Shown: one piece after another, positions 25,231 through 39,380 of the stretch
How the letters are laid out: every line of letters begins with the position of its first letter
Position numbering within the stretch: the stretch's first letter is position 1
Assembly: GCA_013265495.1 (NCBI GenBank)
Contig: MU058669.1
Coordinates: 540,056-604,055 of the forward strand
From: Vicugna vicugna
Lineage: Eukaryota
Direction of reading: 5' to 3'
DNA length: 64,000 bases
Notes under the pieces: model-generated
What the model saw: the letters and a program-made list of their open reading frames with translations, nothing else
Told to the model about the DNA's origin: nothing
Databases searched by the model: none
Program-made: the position numbers and the translations under genes

Positions 25231-26854
25231 AAGGGGAGAAATGGCCTTGGGTAGTAAAAGCAGTGACTTCCCCAAGACCTAAAAGTTGTCCACCACACAA
25301 GCCGTGTTTCAGTGCCCCAGAAGAGCATTGAAAAACTTGAATGAATATTGATGGAAAGAGTGAGCTAGAAAGTGAAATACCCAGGGCTAAAGTTTTACAA
25401 GAGAAAGTTGAAGGCATCATGGATACTGAAGCTGGAAATCTGGGGAATGAAGATGGGGAGGATATGTTGGTTCTTTTCATGTCTCTGAAGACTACCATGG
25501 ATAAGAAGGCGGTTTATTTGCGGCTTACACTTATTTTTAGGAGAGAAGTAGTACCACTCTTTAAGTTACATGCATCTAGATTTTGGTTTAATAAAGAGTT
25601 TTTAAAGGATTATAAGAAAGATAACTTTCTAAAATTATAATGGAGTAAACTTAAATAATAAACTCTTTTCATCTTCTAAAGTTCCTAAGGAGGGAGTTAA
25701 TCCCTCTGCCAAGATGTTGTAGCAGGGATATGTCTTTTCAGAGTTTTGAGGTAAGCAGAGGCCACCAATGGAAATCGTCTTATCATCATTTAAGAATGGA
25801 GCAGGGATGGAGTGTTGATCTAAAGACTATGTTTGACTCTACTTGATAATAACAGGAAAGACCAGTAATAGAGGGAATACAAAGAAAGGAATGGTATGGA
25901 CCAAGACTCAGACTGGTACTACACAGCAGTATTTGTTGAGGGCTTAACCTTTGAGTGTTCTATCTTTGTTCTGTTATGCTTATGAGCACTACAGTACTTT
26001 GCTATTTGTATAACTGGAGGAAAATGCCAAATGAATACATTAGTGGGTTGAGGAATAAAGCATGCTCTGTGCTTGTGTTAACATCAAATTCTCGTTTTCT
26101 TCTTAGTGTAATTAAGCATTGTCTCTGAATTTAGACCTCAAAGATGTTGTAGGAAAATTACTTTTCTAAACTCAGTCCAACAGATTAATTCATTCACCAA
26201 AATTTTATTGTGTGTCCACTCAGTGCCAGACACTATTCTAAGTGCAGGAGACATTGGTGAATAAAGCAAACAGTCTATACCTCAGTGATCAAGTGAAATG
26301 AAAAATAAATTAAGGGGAAACTGCCTCTCTGGGGTAAAGCACAGTGCTTGGTGTTGGAAGAACTTGGAAATGAATTAGACATAGACTTCCTGCCCTCTGT
26401 TTTTCATTGTTGAAAGAACTAACCAGAGTACCAGTCAGGTGAAGTCAAGTGTGAAGTTCAAGCAAAGGAGTGTAGGAACTTTGAGCAATTAATTTATGTT
26501 TTCATGAGAGAAGAAATTTGAGTTAGATCTTGAGAATGGATATGTTTTTAAACAGGTGGAGAAGCTGTGGGGCAGGGATTTTGAGGTGAAGGGAACAGCA
26601 TGAATTAAGAAAATGTAAGAAGGCATGAGATATTTGGGGAAGAAAGAAGCCCATGATTTGTGTAGGGATGGATGGAGAAATATGCCTGAAAAGTGGGATA
26701 TCTGTCATGGAGATCTTTGTTTTTCAAAGCAAAAAAATCACTTTTTCTCATTTTGAAAATAATGCTCATTATAAGAAAACTTAGTCAAAAAAATGGAAAG
26801 CTATAAATAAGTGAAAAATCTTCTGATTCCATCCAGAAATAACATTTTGTTATA

Positions 26855-27343
26855 CAGTGGTCCCTTAGTATCCAGGAGAAATTGGGTCCAGGACCCCCAC
26901 CCCCTATACACACAAAATACATGGATGCTCAATCTTTTATATTAAATGGGGTAATATTTGATCCTCCTGTATACTTTAAATCATCTCTAGATTGCTTCTA
27001 CTACCTAATATAACACAATGTAAATGCTACGTAAATACAATGTAAATTCTATGTAAGTGATTGCCTGCATGTGGCAAATTCAAGTTTTTTTTTTTAAGGC
27101 AGGGAGGTTTATTTAGGTTAATTTAGGTTTGTTTGTTTGTTTGTTTAAACAGAGGTACTGGGGATTGAACCAAGGACCTTGTGCATGCTAGGGTTGTGCA
27201 CTCTACCACTGAGCACTCACTCTGCCACCTTCCCTGGTCAAGTTTTGCTTTTTGGAACTTTATGGAAGTTTTTTCCCTCTAGATATTTTTGATTCATTGT
27301 TGGTTGAATCCACAGATGCAAAACTTCCAGATATGAAGGGCCA
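26855..27343. mobile_element. MER2/Tigger-family DNA transposon relic interrupted by a SINE
   Basis: TA-'cagtggtcccttagtatcc' start, core 'tatactttaaatcatctctagatt', end 'tggttgaatccacagatgc...atatgaagggcca'. Confidence 0.8.
27089..27237 (-). mobile_element. tRNA-Ala-derived SINE (Vic-1-like) nested in the MER2-like element
   Basis: Reverse complement reads 'gctcagtggtagagtgc...ctagcatgcacaaggtccttggttcaatccccagtacctc' plus (AAAC)n; TSD tcaagtttt on both sides. Confidence 0.8.
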
Positions 27344-27419
27344 GAACTTTTCCCCATTTCTACCCCATGAATGTTAGAAAGTGTGTGGGATGGGAAAGTC
27401 TTTTATGCTTATTCACATA

Positions 27420-29340
27420 ATTACCACTTCTGATACTCACTCTTTTGTGTAGATCTAAGTTTCAACTAATAACATTTTCCTTCAGCTTTAAAATTTTCTT
27501 TTAATATTTTTTGTCAGTGCATGTCTGCTGACCATGAAAATTCTCAAATTCTGTTTGAAAATGTCTTTATTTTCATTTTTGAGGATATTTTCTTGGATAT
27601 AGAATTCTAGGGTGACAATTTTCTCCCCCTTTTATCACTTTTAAAGTATCATTTCATTTTGTTCTGGCTTTCATTCTTTCTGTTTGAAAGTCAGTTATAT
27701 TCTTACCCATTGTGCCTCTGTATGTAGTGCTTCTTTTCTCCAGCTGCTTTTATAAGTTCTCATTATCACTGCTTTTCAGCAATGTTGATTATGATATAGT
27801 TTTCTTTGTATTTATTCTGCTGGATAGACATTGTACTTTGTGGGTTTATGGGATTTAGTCAACTTTGGAAAATGTTCAGCTGTTGTTTCTTCATATGATT
27901 TTTCTGCACCTCGCTTTTTCCCCTTGGTACTCCAGTTACACGTGACTTAGACAGCTTGGTGTTGTCCCGTGGTCACTGAGGTTTGGTTAATTTTTTTAAC
28001 CCTTTTTTCTCTGTACTTCGGTTTGGATAGTTTTTGTTGTGTCTTCAGGTTTATTGATCTTTTCTTCTGCTGTGTCTATGCTGTTAAGTCCATTTAGTGA
28101 CTTTTAAATCTCAGGTGTATTTTTCAACTCTAGAAATTGTATTTATTTCTTTTTTCTGTCTTCCATTTCTCATCTTCTTATGTACCTATTTTAGTGTCCT
28201 TGCCTGCTAATACTATCATCTCTGTCATTTGAATCTGTTTGTATTGACCAATTTTTTTTCTTGGTTATAGATCACATTTTTCATTCTTTTAATTGGTTGC
28301 TGGACGTTAGGAATGTTACATTACTGTGTGAATTTTGTTATCTTTTAAAGGGTGTCAGTTTTGTTTGGCAGACAGCTAAGATATTTGTAACTTAGACTGA
28401 TCTTTTTAAGGCTTGTTTTTAAGCTCTTTAGGGTAACTAGAGTTGCCTTTCCTCTTAGGTGCTAGTTTAGCTTTACTACTAAGCCTCTGACCCTTACAGG
28501 GTCTCTGCCTAGTTTCCAGGTGTTTAACTAGATCTGTCTGCTTAATTGGTTGAAAGTCAGATGTCTCTCAATCTAGAATGAGCTTTGGGCATTCTTTGGT
28601 TCATAGCTCTATGGTAGTTCTTTGCCCAGTAGCGTGGAATCTTCCAGTGCATGAGCAGCTTAATATTCAGTCAAAGACTCAAGGGAATGCCTGTGTAGAA
28701 TTCTTTACCTCCATAGCTTCCTCCTCTTCAGTACAGGCAGACCTTGGAGATACTGTGGGTTCAGTTCCAGACCACTACAGTAAAGCAAATATTGCAATAA
28801 AGCAAGTCACACGAATTTTTTGGCTTCCCAGTGCATGTAAAAGTTATGTTTATATTATATTTTAGCCTATTAAGTGTGCAGTAGCATCATGTCTAAAAAA
28901 ACTTATATACCTTAATTAAAAAATGCTTCATTGCTAGAAGATACTAACCATCAGCTGACAAGGGAGGTTTGTGCAAACCTTCAGTTTGTAAAAATGCAGT
29001 ATCTGTGGAGCACAGTAAAGTGAAGTGCAGTAAAATGAGGTTTGCCTATACTGTGACCTGCAAATTTCAGATGCCTCAGCTTTCCTGGAGTCCAGTCTCT
29101 GTTTTTTCCACTTAGTTAGACTGCCATGCTCTTCTTGGGTTTCCCTTCCCTGTGTTGTGTTCTGGAAAGCAAGCCAATCATAAGAGTTCCCTTTGTTTCT
29201 CTTCTCACCTGAACCATAGTCTTGTATGGTATGTTGTCTAGTGTCTGAAGACAGTTGTTTCTTATATTTTGTCCAGTTTTCTAGATGATAGAACGGTAAT
29301 CAGATACCAGATAATCCATCATAGTTGGAAGCCGAAGTCC
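27420..29340 (-). mobile_element. Degenerate ancient L1 fragment interrupted by a Tigger1-derived element
   Basis: T-rich antisense L1 motifs ('gatatagaattctagggtgac', 'ctttggaaaatgttcagc'). Confidence 0.6.
28734..29048. mobile_element. Internally deleted Tigger1-type element
   Basis: TIRs CAGGCAGACCT... and ...AGGTTTGCCTA, each flanked by TA. Confidence 0.75.
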
Positions 29341-29537
29341 TCCCTATAATAGATTATTTTTTTATCTCCTATAAGAGATTTCAGTGTTAGTAAAATAGAA
29401 CAGATTTTTTTTTAATCTTTGATGTCAAATTCCTATGAAGAAGCATAATTTTCTAGGATAAAATTTAAAATAGGCTGGATTTTAAAAAGTAAGATTTGTT
29501 GAGTTAAAATTTACATTAAGTTGACTATTTTTAGGTA

Positions 29538-29688
29538 CATTCATCCCACAGTATTTGTGGGGGATTGGTTCCAGGAGCCCCCCTTGGATACCAAAATCCT
29601 CAGATGCTCAGGTCCTTTATGTAAAATGGCATAATATAGTTGGCCCTCTATCTGCAGGTTCCACATTGATGGAATGGAGGGCCAGCTG
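29538..29688. mobile_element. Short MER2/Tigger-family MITE
   Basis: 'gtgggggattggttccaggagccc...gataccaaaatcc' through 'atggagggccagctg'-TA. Confidence 0.7.
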
Positions 29689-30099
29689 TATATAGTATTA
29701 TGTATTTTGACAAACATACAGACCTGTTTGTTATGCTGTATAATCACAGTCTATTGTGATTATACAGATATAGAATATTTCCTGTATCTGTATAGACAGT
29801 CAAGATTCAAGAATATTTTCATTACCCCCACCCCCAAAATCTCCTCATGCCCCTTTGTAGTCACTCCTTTCCACCTGTTCTCAGATCTTGGCAACCACTG
29901 AACTGTTTTCTGACCCTATGGTTTTACCTTGTGCAGAAGATCATATAAATGGAATCACATAGTATGTATGGTTTGTTGTGTATATAGGTAATATGTTCAC
30001 AAGACTAGATTTTATTTTTGAAATGAAAATGAAAGAAAACTACCTTAACTTTCATTTTAAAATAGGCAGTGGTTTAAAACAATAAACAGAAAACACTAA

Positions 30100-30435
<336 letters not shown>

Positions 30436-30749
30436 TGACCTTAGGGGTAGGGTGAGAGTTACTTGAAAACTTTCTTACAAGAAGTAAAGGAGGGAGCAGG
30501 GCATGAAGAGTAACAGGCAACGTACGTAGTATTTTATGGACGAGGAATTCTTAGTTTGGTGGCCCTAGAAGAACTTCTCTGCTTTAGAAAAATATTTTTC
30601 TCATAGTTGTATCTTTTAAGCCAAAGGGAAATGTGATGTTTATGATAAATAATTATAAAACTTTAGGTGGTAAGAAACATTTTTAAAAGGATTATATAGG
30701 AAGCTCAGTATCTTTCCTATGTGAGGATAGATAGCTAGTATTTCTTAAT

Positions 30750-31420
30750 TTTAACTTTTTATTTAAGTATAGCCAATATATAGAAGTGTTAAATCATAAG
30801 TGTTCAGTTTGAATTTTCATGACATGAACACATTGAGACTAAGAAATGACATGGTGGTATGTCAGGTGTCTCCCCTGTGCCCTCTCCCAGTTATCTGTGC
30901 CTCCCTCTCTTGCCCACTGAGATAACCACAATCCTGTCTTCTGCTATCATAGATTAATTTTGCCTGCTGAATAAATTTTGGATAAACAGAATCATACAGT
31001 ATGTATTTTGTTATAGCTAGCTTCTTTCACTCATCATGTTTGTATGATTTATCTGTGGTGTAGCTTATGTGGTATATTCCATTTTCTTTGTTGTATTCCC
31101 TTGTGTGACTAGGCACATTTATTCATTCAAGAGTTGTTGACTATTGAGGCAGTTTCCACCTTTTAGCTTTTACAATAGTGCTGCTATGAGCAATTCTTGT
31201 ATGTCTTTTGGTGAACCTCTGTACAATTTCTGTTGCATAAGTATCCATGTGTGGAGTTGCTGGGTCATAAGATACTCGTGTTGTTCAGCTATAGCAGTTG
31301 CTGATAGTTATTCAAAGTGCTTATACTGCTTTACATTCCCACAGGCAGTATATGATTGTTTCAGTTGCTCTGCATTCTTGCTAGTGGTTGGTATTGCTAG
31401 CCACTATTTTATGTTATCAA
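30750..31420 (-). mobile_element. Ancient L1 3' fragment
   Basis: 'aatcatacagtatgta', 'aatagtgctgctatgagcaattcttgtatgtcttttggtgaac' and 'ttacattcccac' motifs. Confidence 0.65.
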
Positions 31421-31475
31421 AACTCGCAGGGTCTTTTTTCAATGTTATTGTAATGAGGTTGTATGTGTTTCCTAG

Positions 31476-31676
<201 letters not shown>

Positions 31677-31978
31677 TAAATTGGGACCTCATTAGTATTT
31701 TCTTTCGAGGACTTTTCAGTGATTTTATTTTCTTTTTAATTAAGTTTGTTTTTTGACTAGGGGGTGCACAATGAGGGCTCTGATGCTTATAAAATGCCCA
31801 GTTCTGTTTTTCCTAGTCTTTCCTTTCTGCAGGAGCCTCTTGTCAGTGCACTATAAGATGCCATGCTCTTTAGATTAATGTTTCAACCCTGTCAGATTTG
31901 AATCACAATTCCAAGAATGAAAGGGCAGTGTGAACCATTTCAGTTTTGCTTCCCTCAGCTTTTAAAACTCACCCTTAA

Positions 31979-32212
<234 letters not shown>

Positions 32213-32780
32213 TAGTCTTTAAGCAAAGGAACACTATGCTTTGCATAGTTTCTTTTCTTTTTGTGAATGTATGTCAGATAGAGGCTTGAGACTCTGAAAA
32301 TACTATATCAAAACAACCAAAAATAATAGCGTTTGAACTAATTACTAGAATTAGAATGAGTCAAGTGTTATTTCTCTAAATTAAAATGAAAATGGACAGT
32401 TTAATGAAGAGATATTAATATCACATCTGCTATTTTTTTCTTCACCTTGGACTTTTCTTCTTTTTTCAGTTTCTTTGGCTTAAGCTGCCAGTTTGGATAC
32501 AGTTACCTGTTAGTTGATTCAAATCTATTTCATTTTCCCCTAATTTCTAAGCCATTTTTAAGCTAATAATTTCCAGATATTTCTGGCTTATATTATTTTT
32601 GGAAGAACAAATTCTCCCTGCCTTTCTGTAGTGACCACCCTCTTGTGTTAAATTCTTAAAGAAGAGCTTGTGAGCTCATAATTTTAATTTTAGTTTGATC
32701 TATAGCCTCTTCTCCATTTGAGAATGTTTTTCTTTTTCTCATACTCCCACAATTTTTGTTGTTATTTTACATCAATTTAG

Positions 32781-32972
<192 letters not shown>

Positions 32973-33011
32973 TAAGTTATTTTCTCTCCAATTACATTAG
33001 CCTGATTTTAC

Positions 33012-33525
33012 TTTTTTTTTAAATTGAAGTATAGTTGATTTACAATACTGTGTTTCAGGTGCACAGCAGAGTGATTCAGTTTTATATATATATGTATATT
33101 TCAGATTATTTTTCATTATAAGTTATTATAAGATAGAACATAATTCCCTGTGCTATACATAAATCCTTGATGCTTATCTATTTTATATATAGTAGTTTGT
33201 ATCTGTTAATCCTATACTCCTAATTTATCCCTCCGTCCCCTTCCCCTTGGGGACCGTAAGACCGTAAGTTTGTTTTCTATGTCTGTGAATCTGTTTTTAT
33301 TTTGTGTATAGTTTCATTTGTATTAATTTTTAGATTCCATATGTAAATGATATCTTATAATATTTGTCTTTCTCTGTCTGACTTACTTCACTTAACATAG
33401 TATTCTCTGGGTCTATCCATGTTGCTGCAAATGGTAGTATTTCATTTTTTATGGCTGAATAATATTCCATTGTGTGTGTGTATGTGTATATATGCACACC
33501 ACATCTTCTTGAACCAATCTTCCAA
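33012..33525 (-). mobile_element. Younger L1 3' end
   Basis: Poly(T) + 'aaattgaagtatagttgatttacaat', and 'ccatgttgctgcaaatgg...ttttatggctgaataatattccattgtgtg'. Confidence 0.8.
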
Positions 33526-36288
33526 TTAGTATCTTGCTAAATGACATCTTATTCTATATAAAGAGTCCTTATATGAAATGGTTCTTGAATATAAGTTTTA
33601 AAGCTGTCTTGGGGTATTGAGAAGGCAATAAGCATGGTGGATAAAAGTTAGATCTGGGTTCAAAATCAGGATCTGACATTTACTGTATGACTTGGGAAAG
33701 TTCCTTAGCACTGAGCTTCCGTTTCATGACCTGTAAGTAGAAGATGCTGATTTCTTTCAGGTTATTACAAGGACTGAAGGAAGTATTATGTTTAATGTGT
33801 GGCTCATAGTAAACACTCAACAGATGGTGGCTATTATTTTCATTATTAGGATGGCATAAGTAAATGAATAAAGATATGCCTTTTAAAAGTCTCACTTAGC
33901 AGGAAACCCATAAATTTTGATTTGCTGAAGCTGCTCTGTTGTTCCTAACCAAGCCCTGGTGTGGAAATCCCCAGTTATTTATGAACTTAGCTTAACTTAT
34001 TTGTACATAGTGCCATTAAGAATATTTGTTTAGTCAACATCTGGCTTTGCATAGGAATCAGAAATCCTGCTCTTTAAATACCATTCAGAGGACTCTAAGG
34101 GAGTTTCTAAATAGACGGATTTGTCTCTGTGATATTTCCCTTCCTACCTGTTTGCCAGAGATCAGGACTCTGCATTGGCACTGGATTGCATGCCACCCTT
34201 CCCAGCAGTCCTCCCCAGTGCTTTTAGTTGAGAGTGCAACACTGGCATTGGTATTTAATTGTATCTCAACAAAGCTGTTAAAAAAAGTGTTAGTAGCAAA
34301 AGGGAGAGAAAAACCACAGAACCTGATTCTGGGAATGTTGGTTATCTTCATTTTCTATCAGCATTCTTAGCTCTTGCCACTCTATCTCATATGCCTGATC
34401 CCTTCATTTTGGAAGGAGAGTTCCTGCTTGAGACGCTAGCTTCTCTCCTGAGTCCCTCTGAAGTACTAACCCTGCCTTCCTTCCATCTTTACATACTTTC
34501 ATTCTAATGCAATAACTTTTTATGCTCAGGCCTGTGGGGAGTACATGACAAGGATCTCCATTCTACCCTCCCCTGCATTTTATTTTACTTTATGTTTAAA
34601 ATATTCATCTGTTCGTTTAATTTTTTGGATTCCATGTATAAGTGATAACATACAGTATTTGTCTTTCTCTGACGTACTTCACTAAGCATAATACCCTCCA
34701 GGTCCATACGTAATGCAAATGGCAGACAGTTTTTTGATCAACCCTTAGGAGTAAAAGTTTTTTGAGCACTTAGACCTAATATGTATATAATTCAGTGTGT
34801 ATAAATTATGTACATGTATACTATAATAAAACACTATTACATTCTAAAGTATACCATAAGAAAGAATTTCTTAAAGAATGAGATAAATGTAAATAAAAGT
34901 TTCATTTTTTTCTTCCTGCACTCCATTGTATTATTTTGTGAACCCCTTGACGTGCTTGCATCCCAATTGAATTCAGATTTATCCCTTGCTCCCAAATAAT
35001 TTAGAGCTTAGCTGGGAAAACCAAATGCCAGCCTCAGAGTCAGATTTTAGACAGTAGGATATGGTTTAGGAGTTGTTTGGATGAATTGTGTAGGTCACAA
35101 TTGTGTCATTTAGTGAGGTCAGCTTTTCCCAAACCATGTTATACCTGGGATCACTAAACCATCTGAATTCCTTGCCTTGAATGCCAAAAGAGGACAAAAG
35201 GATAGATAGAGAAGAACCAAGATAGATTTTTTTTCTTAAGGATTTTGGAGAGAAAGCAGGTGTGATGCAGTAGTAATTTACCCTGGTAACCATGAACCTC
35301 TGACTAAGAAATACTCATGTAGGTTCTAAGTGCTGGGAGATTTCTGTGTATGAGTTCTCTCTGTGTTCTCGGGCAAAGGGAGGACTGGGGCTGGGCCTCA
35401 AAGAGGAGACTGGATGGGATTTGGATGAGTAGAGAGGAAAGGAGAGCATTTCCTGTCATTTGTTTGGATGTGTTGATTGCGTTTGATCTTGACTCACCTA
35501 TTAGCTCGTATATTTCTCAAGTATAGGTATTCCCTGTTCCCCATCATTTCTCATCAAACTTATTTCAGTAGCTTCCTCACCCTGCAGCATTCTGAAATCC
35601 TTTTCCTCTTCCTTTCTTCTTATCCACTATTATTCTTACTGGATCCTGGATTATTGTCTCAGCCTCTCTTCTTGTTCCCCTTATAATCCATTCCCACTCA
35701 GGAGCCAATGTGATCTTTCTAAAATTTAAATTGGACTTATCTGCTCTGTTTAAAATCATTCAGTGGCTCCTTGTCCCCTTAATAAGAAGTTTGAATTCCT
35801 CATCATGCTTTATAATGCCCCTTATTACCTGAATCCTACTTACTTTCCTAGCTTCATTCTACCCCTCTTCTCTTTGTTCCATTAGGACACTCCCAACCTT
35901 ATTAAACTTATTGCCGTGCTTTCTTTCACCTCTGGATCTTTGTACTTGTTTTCTCTGCCTGAGACTCTTCCCATTCTCCTGGCTAACTTGTACTCAATTT
36001 TTATGTCCCTGTTTAAATTCCACTTCCTTGGAAGCACACATGTAGTACCTGCTTAGTACTCTGCCTTCATCTATTCCCCATTCATACTTCTAGGGTGTAA
36101 CATGAACAGCACAGGCTATGGACGAGGGGTGGGAAGGTGAAGGTTTGACTCTTAATTTGTTATGAGATTTTTTGGAAATAAATTAACCTCTTAAAGCCCT
36201 AGTTTCTTCATCCCTAAAATGGGATAATGACACTTCTTTTCTTACAAGCCTGTTGAAAGAACTCATCAATGTAATACGATATATGTAA

Positions 36289-36573
<285 letters not shown>

Positions 36574-37429
36574 TAGTGGATAAAGAATGTAAGATTGTAA
36601 AATCTCTAGATGTCACCAGAATCTAGGGTATATTCTGAGTTCCACACCTCCTGTCTGCCTCTTGCTTTGGTAGCATAGTGTGCTAAATTCACACTGCACC
36701 CTGCCGCCTCCTGTCCCCCAACACATCTGCCATCCTCACCTGTTTTCATTTGGAATGCTTTGCTTATCTGAAAGCTTAAATTAGACCACAGCGTTGGTCA
36801 GTTAAAGTTGGCGGTGCTCACCAGCCGTCATGATACCAATGGACCTGTTCTCTATTGAGGTCTCACTGTTCTCAGGGCTCTGAGGGATGTGTCTCCTGTC
36901 TTTAAATAACTGGAGGTTGCCATTTTCTTGAACCCAGTGACTCAGATAATGACTGTTTAGCTTATGGAAAGGAGAGACTCCATGGCTTAGGCCTGGGTCT
37001 TCGGTGATGATGCCTGAGCTGTCTTCACACATCTGGAACATGGAGGGATTTCAGTCAAAACTCAGAGTGGGTTGGGAGAGACTGTTTCCAGAGCATTTCC
37101 CACATAGCATGTATGCCAGTGCCAGTTCACGGCACACTATTCTTTGGGTCTTAGGCTGCTTGCTGCTTCTGCAGCCTCCTCCTAATCTTGAGAAACATCT
37201 GAGGATCAGTTAGCAGCAAGCACACATCGCTTCCTGGCCAGGAAGAGCAGATAGCTCTTGTATAGTCGTCACAGTCACCTCCTCAGTACCTCAGGGTAAA
37301 GGTACGATGCTTGAGGGATGTTACTCTGCTCTCCCATGCCCATTCTCCAAGGAAGCCTCTCAGAGCTGTGCCTCAGCAGCTTGTCTTCCTCATCTCATCT
37401 GTAGCTCTTTAACTACATCACTTTCTACC

Positions 37430-39380
37430 TTGTATTGTAGGGTTTTTTTGGGAAATAATATCAAACTTAGAGAAAAGTTGCAAAAACAGTACAAATAGCG
37501 TTCATATATCTTTTATACAGATGTACCTATTGTTAACATTTTACTTCATTTGCATCATTATTTGTGCTTGCCCATTTGTTCTCTCTTTGCCTCTTCCTAT
37601 CCCTTCTGTCCCCACTTCCCCTCATACAAAAACACAAACACGCACAAATTATTACTATTATGGAGACTGTTTTTGAGAATAAATTGTAAACATTGTATCT
37701 GTTTACGCTTTAATATTTCAATATGTATCTCCTAAGAATACAGATATTCCCTTTGATAACTGCAGTAGTTATCAACTGCAGTAAATTTAACATTGATACC
37801 ATACTTTTATTTAATCTGTTGTCCACATTCCAGTTTTGTCAATTGACCTGATAATGTCCTTTGTATCAGACTTTTTCCTTTAATATTGGAGCCAATACAT
37901 GATCATGAATTGTATTTAGTTGTCATGTACTTTTAATATGTTTTAATCTGGAATAGTTCGTAAACTTTTCTTTCTCTTTTATGATACTGATGTTTTTGAG
38001 AAATACAAACCTCTTTCCTCTTTATAAAAATAGAGTACTCCTCATTTGAGGGTTGTCTGATTAAAGTCAGATTATGCATTCTCAACCAAAAGATCTCATA
38101 AGTGATGTATCCTGCACAGCATTTCACATCTAGAGGCACCTGGTGTCTGTCTGCCCCTTATTGGTGATGTGTTATCTGATTTCTCACTGTATAGTTAACA
38201 TTTTCTTTCTGTGTTACTAATGAGCTTTCTGTGGGGAGACATTTTAAGACTATACAGATATCCTGCTCCTCATCATAATTTAGCATCCTAGATTTAGCAA
38301 CTATTCATGATTCTTGCTGCACCAGTCTTTACTGTGATGGCTGCAAAATGATGATTTATTTCAACTCCAGTATGTGCTCCACATTTACCAGTTGGCTCTC
38401 GGCATTCTAGTTGTAATTAAGAGCTCTCCCTTCTCCACTTATTTCTGTCTGTTTGTTATTAATATGATCTCGTGGATTTCTATTTATTCCCCTTTGATTT
38501 GTAATTCATTACTGTCCTTAATTATTTTGACATTCAAATTGTCCTTCAAGTTGACTCTTATGTGACATGCCCCTCTTAGTTTTTGAGTATTTCTTTACTT
38601 TCTGGCTTAACAAGATCTTTTACTGTCCATACTCCACCCCTGGAATCAACCATTTCTTCAAGGAGCCACGGTTCCCTTTTGTTATTATAGGCCAAAGCCT
38701 AGATGCTAGGTGTGCTCATTGCTTCTGGGGTGTCGTTGCTTCTAGGCTCTGTTGACAGAGCTAGGAGATATATTCAGTACACACATATACACCTATATGT
38801 ATATACATTTAACTATGTGTGTGTATACATATATGCTCACATACATATTTTAGAGTTCATGAGTTCACACTGATGACTCCAACTTTAGTCCATCCCTACA
38901 AGATTCTTCCTTGCCTTTCTTCATTTATACATTTGCATCTGTCTTCCACAGTAAAGACCCTGTCTCCTGACAACGTTAGCACATTTCCTAATTTCCTCAG
39001 TCCTGTGATGCATCTGAAGTGGTTTCATTGCTTTGCCCATACTACTATAAAGGCTACCTACACAAAAAGTTTATGATTTGTTTGCTGTCTCCTCATGTTA
39101 ATTTAATTTAATTTTTGAATATGCAGAGTATTAACATGTTTTCAAAAGTCTGAACTATACAAAAACATACTCAGAGGAGTGTCGCTCCCTTTCATTTCCC
39201 ATCCACTCCATTCTCTCCTCTACTTTTAGATATCAAATGTTCTTGTTTTCTGGAGTGGCCATACTGTGTTTCTTTTTTAGATAAGCAGATATATTTTAAA
39301 GATAAGCAGATATATTATCTTACCTCCTTAAAGTTAACTGTATGTATTCTTTAGCACTCTACTTTATTGACTTAATCTTG
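37430..39380 (-). mobile_element. Ancient L1 (L1MC/ME-like) 3'UTR
   Basis: 'aaacttagagaaaagttgcaaaaacagtac', 'tgtatttagttgtcatgt' and 'cctggaatcaaccatttcttcaaggagcc' motifs. Confidence 0.6.

Noticed and set aside
25341..25640. 99-aa ORF with protein-like composition in FAM114A2 intron 4
   Set aside because: Not needed for the phase-consistent FAM114A2 chain, and the surrounding motifs look like a decayed CR1/L3 3' end.
39279..39317. Short local duplication 'agataagcagatatatt' (similar ones at ~21763 and ~33253)
   Set aside because: Ordinary slippage duplications inside old repeats; only two units, so not an array or CRISPR-like structure.
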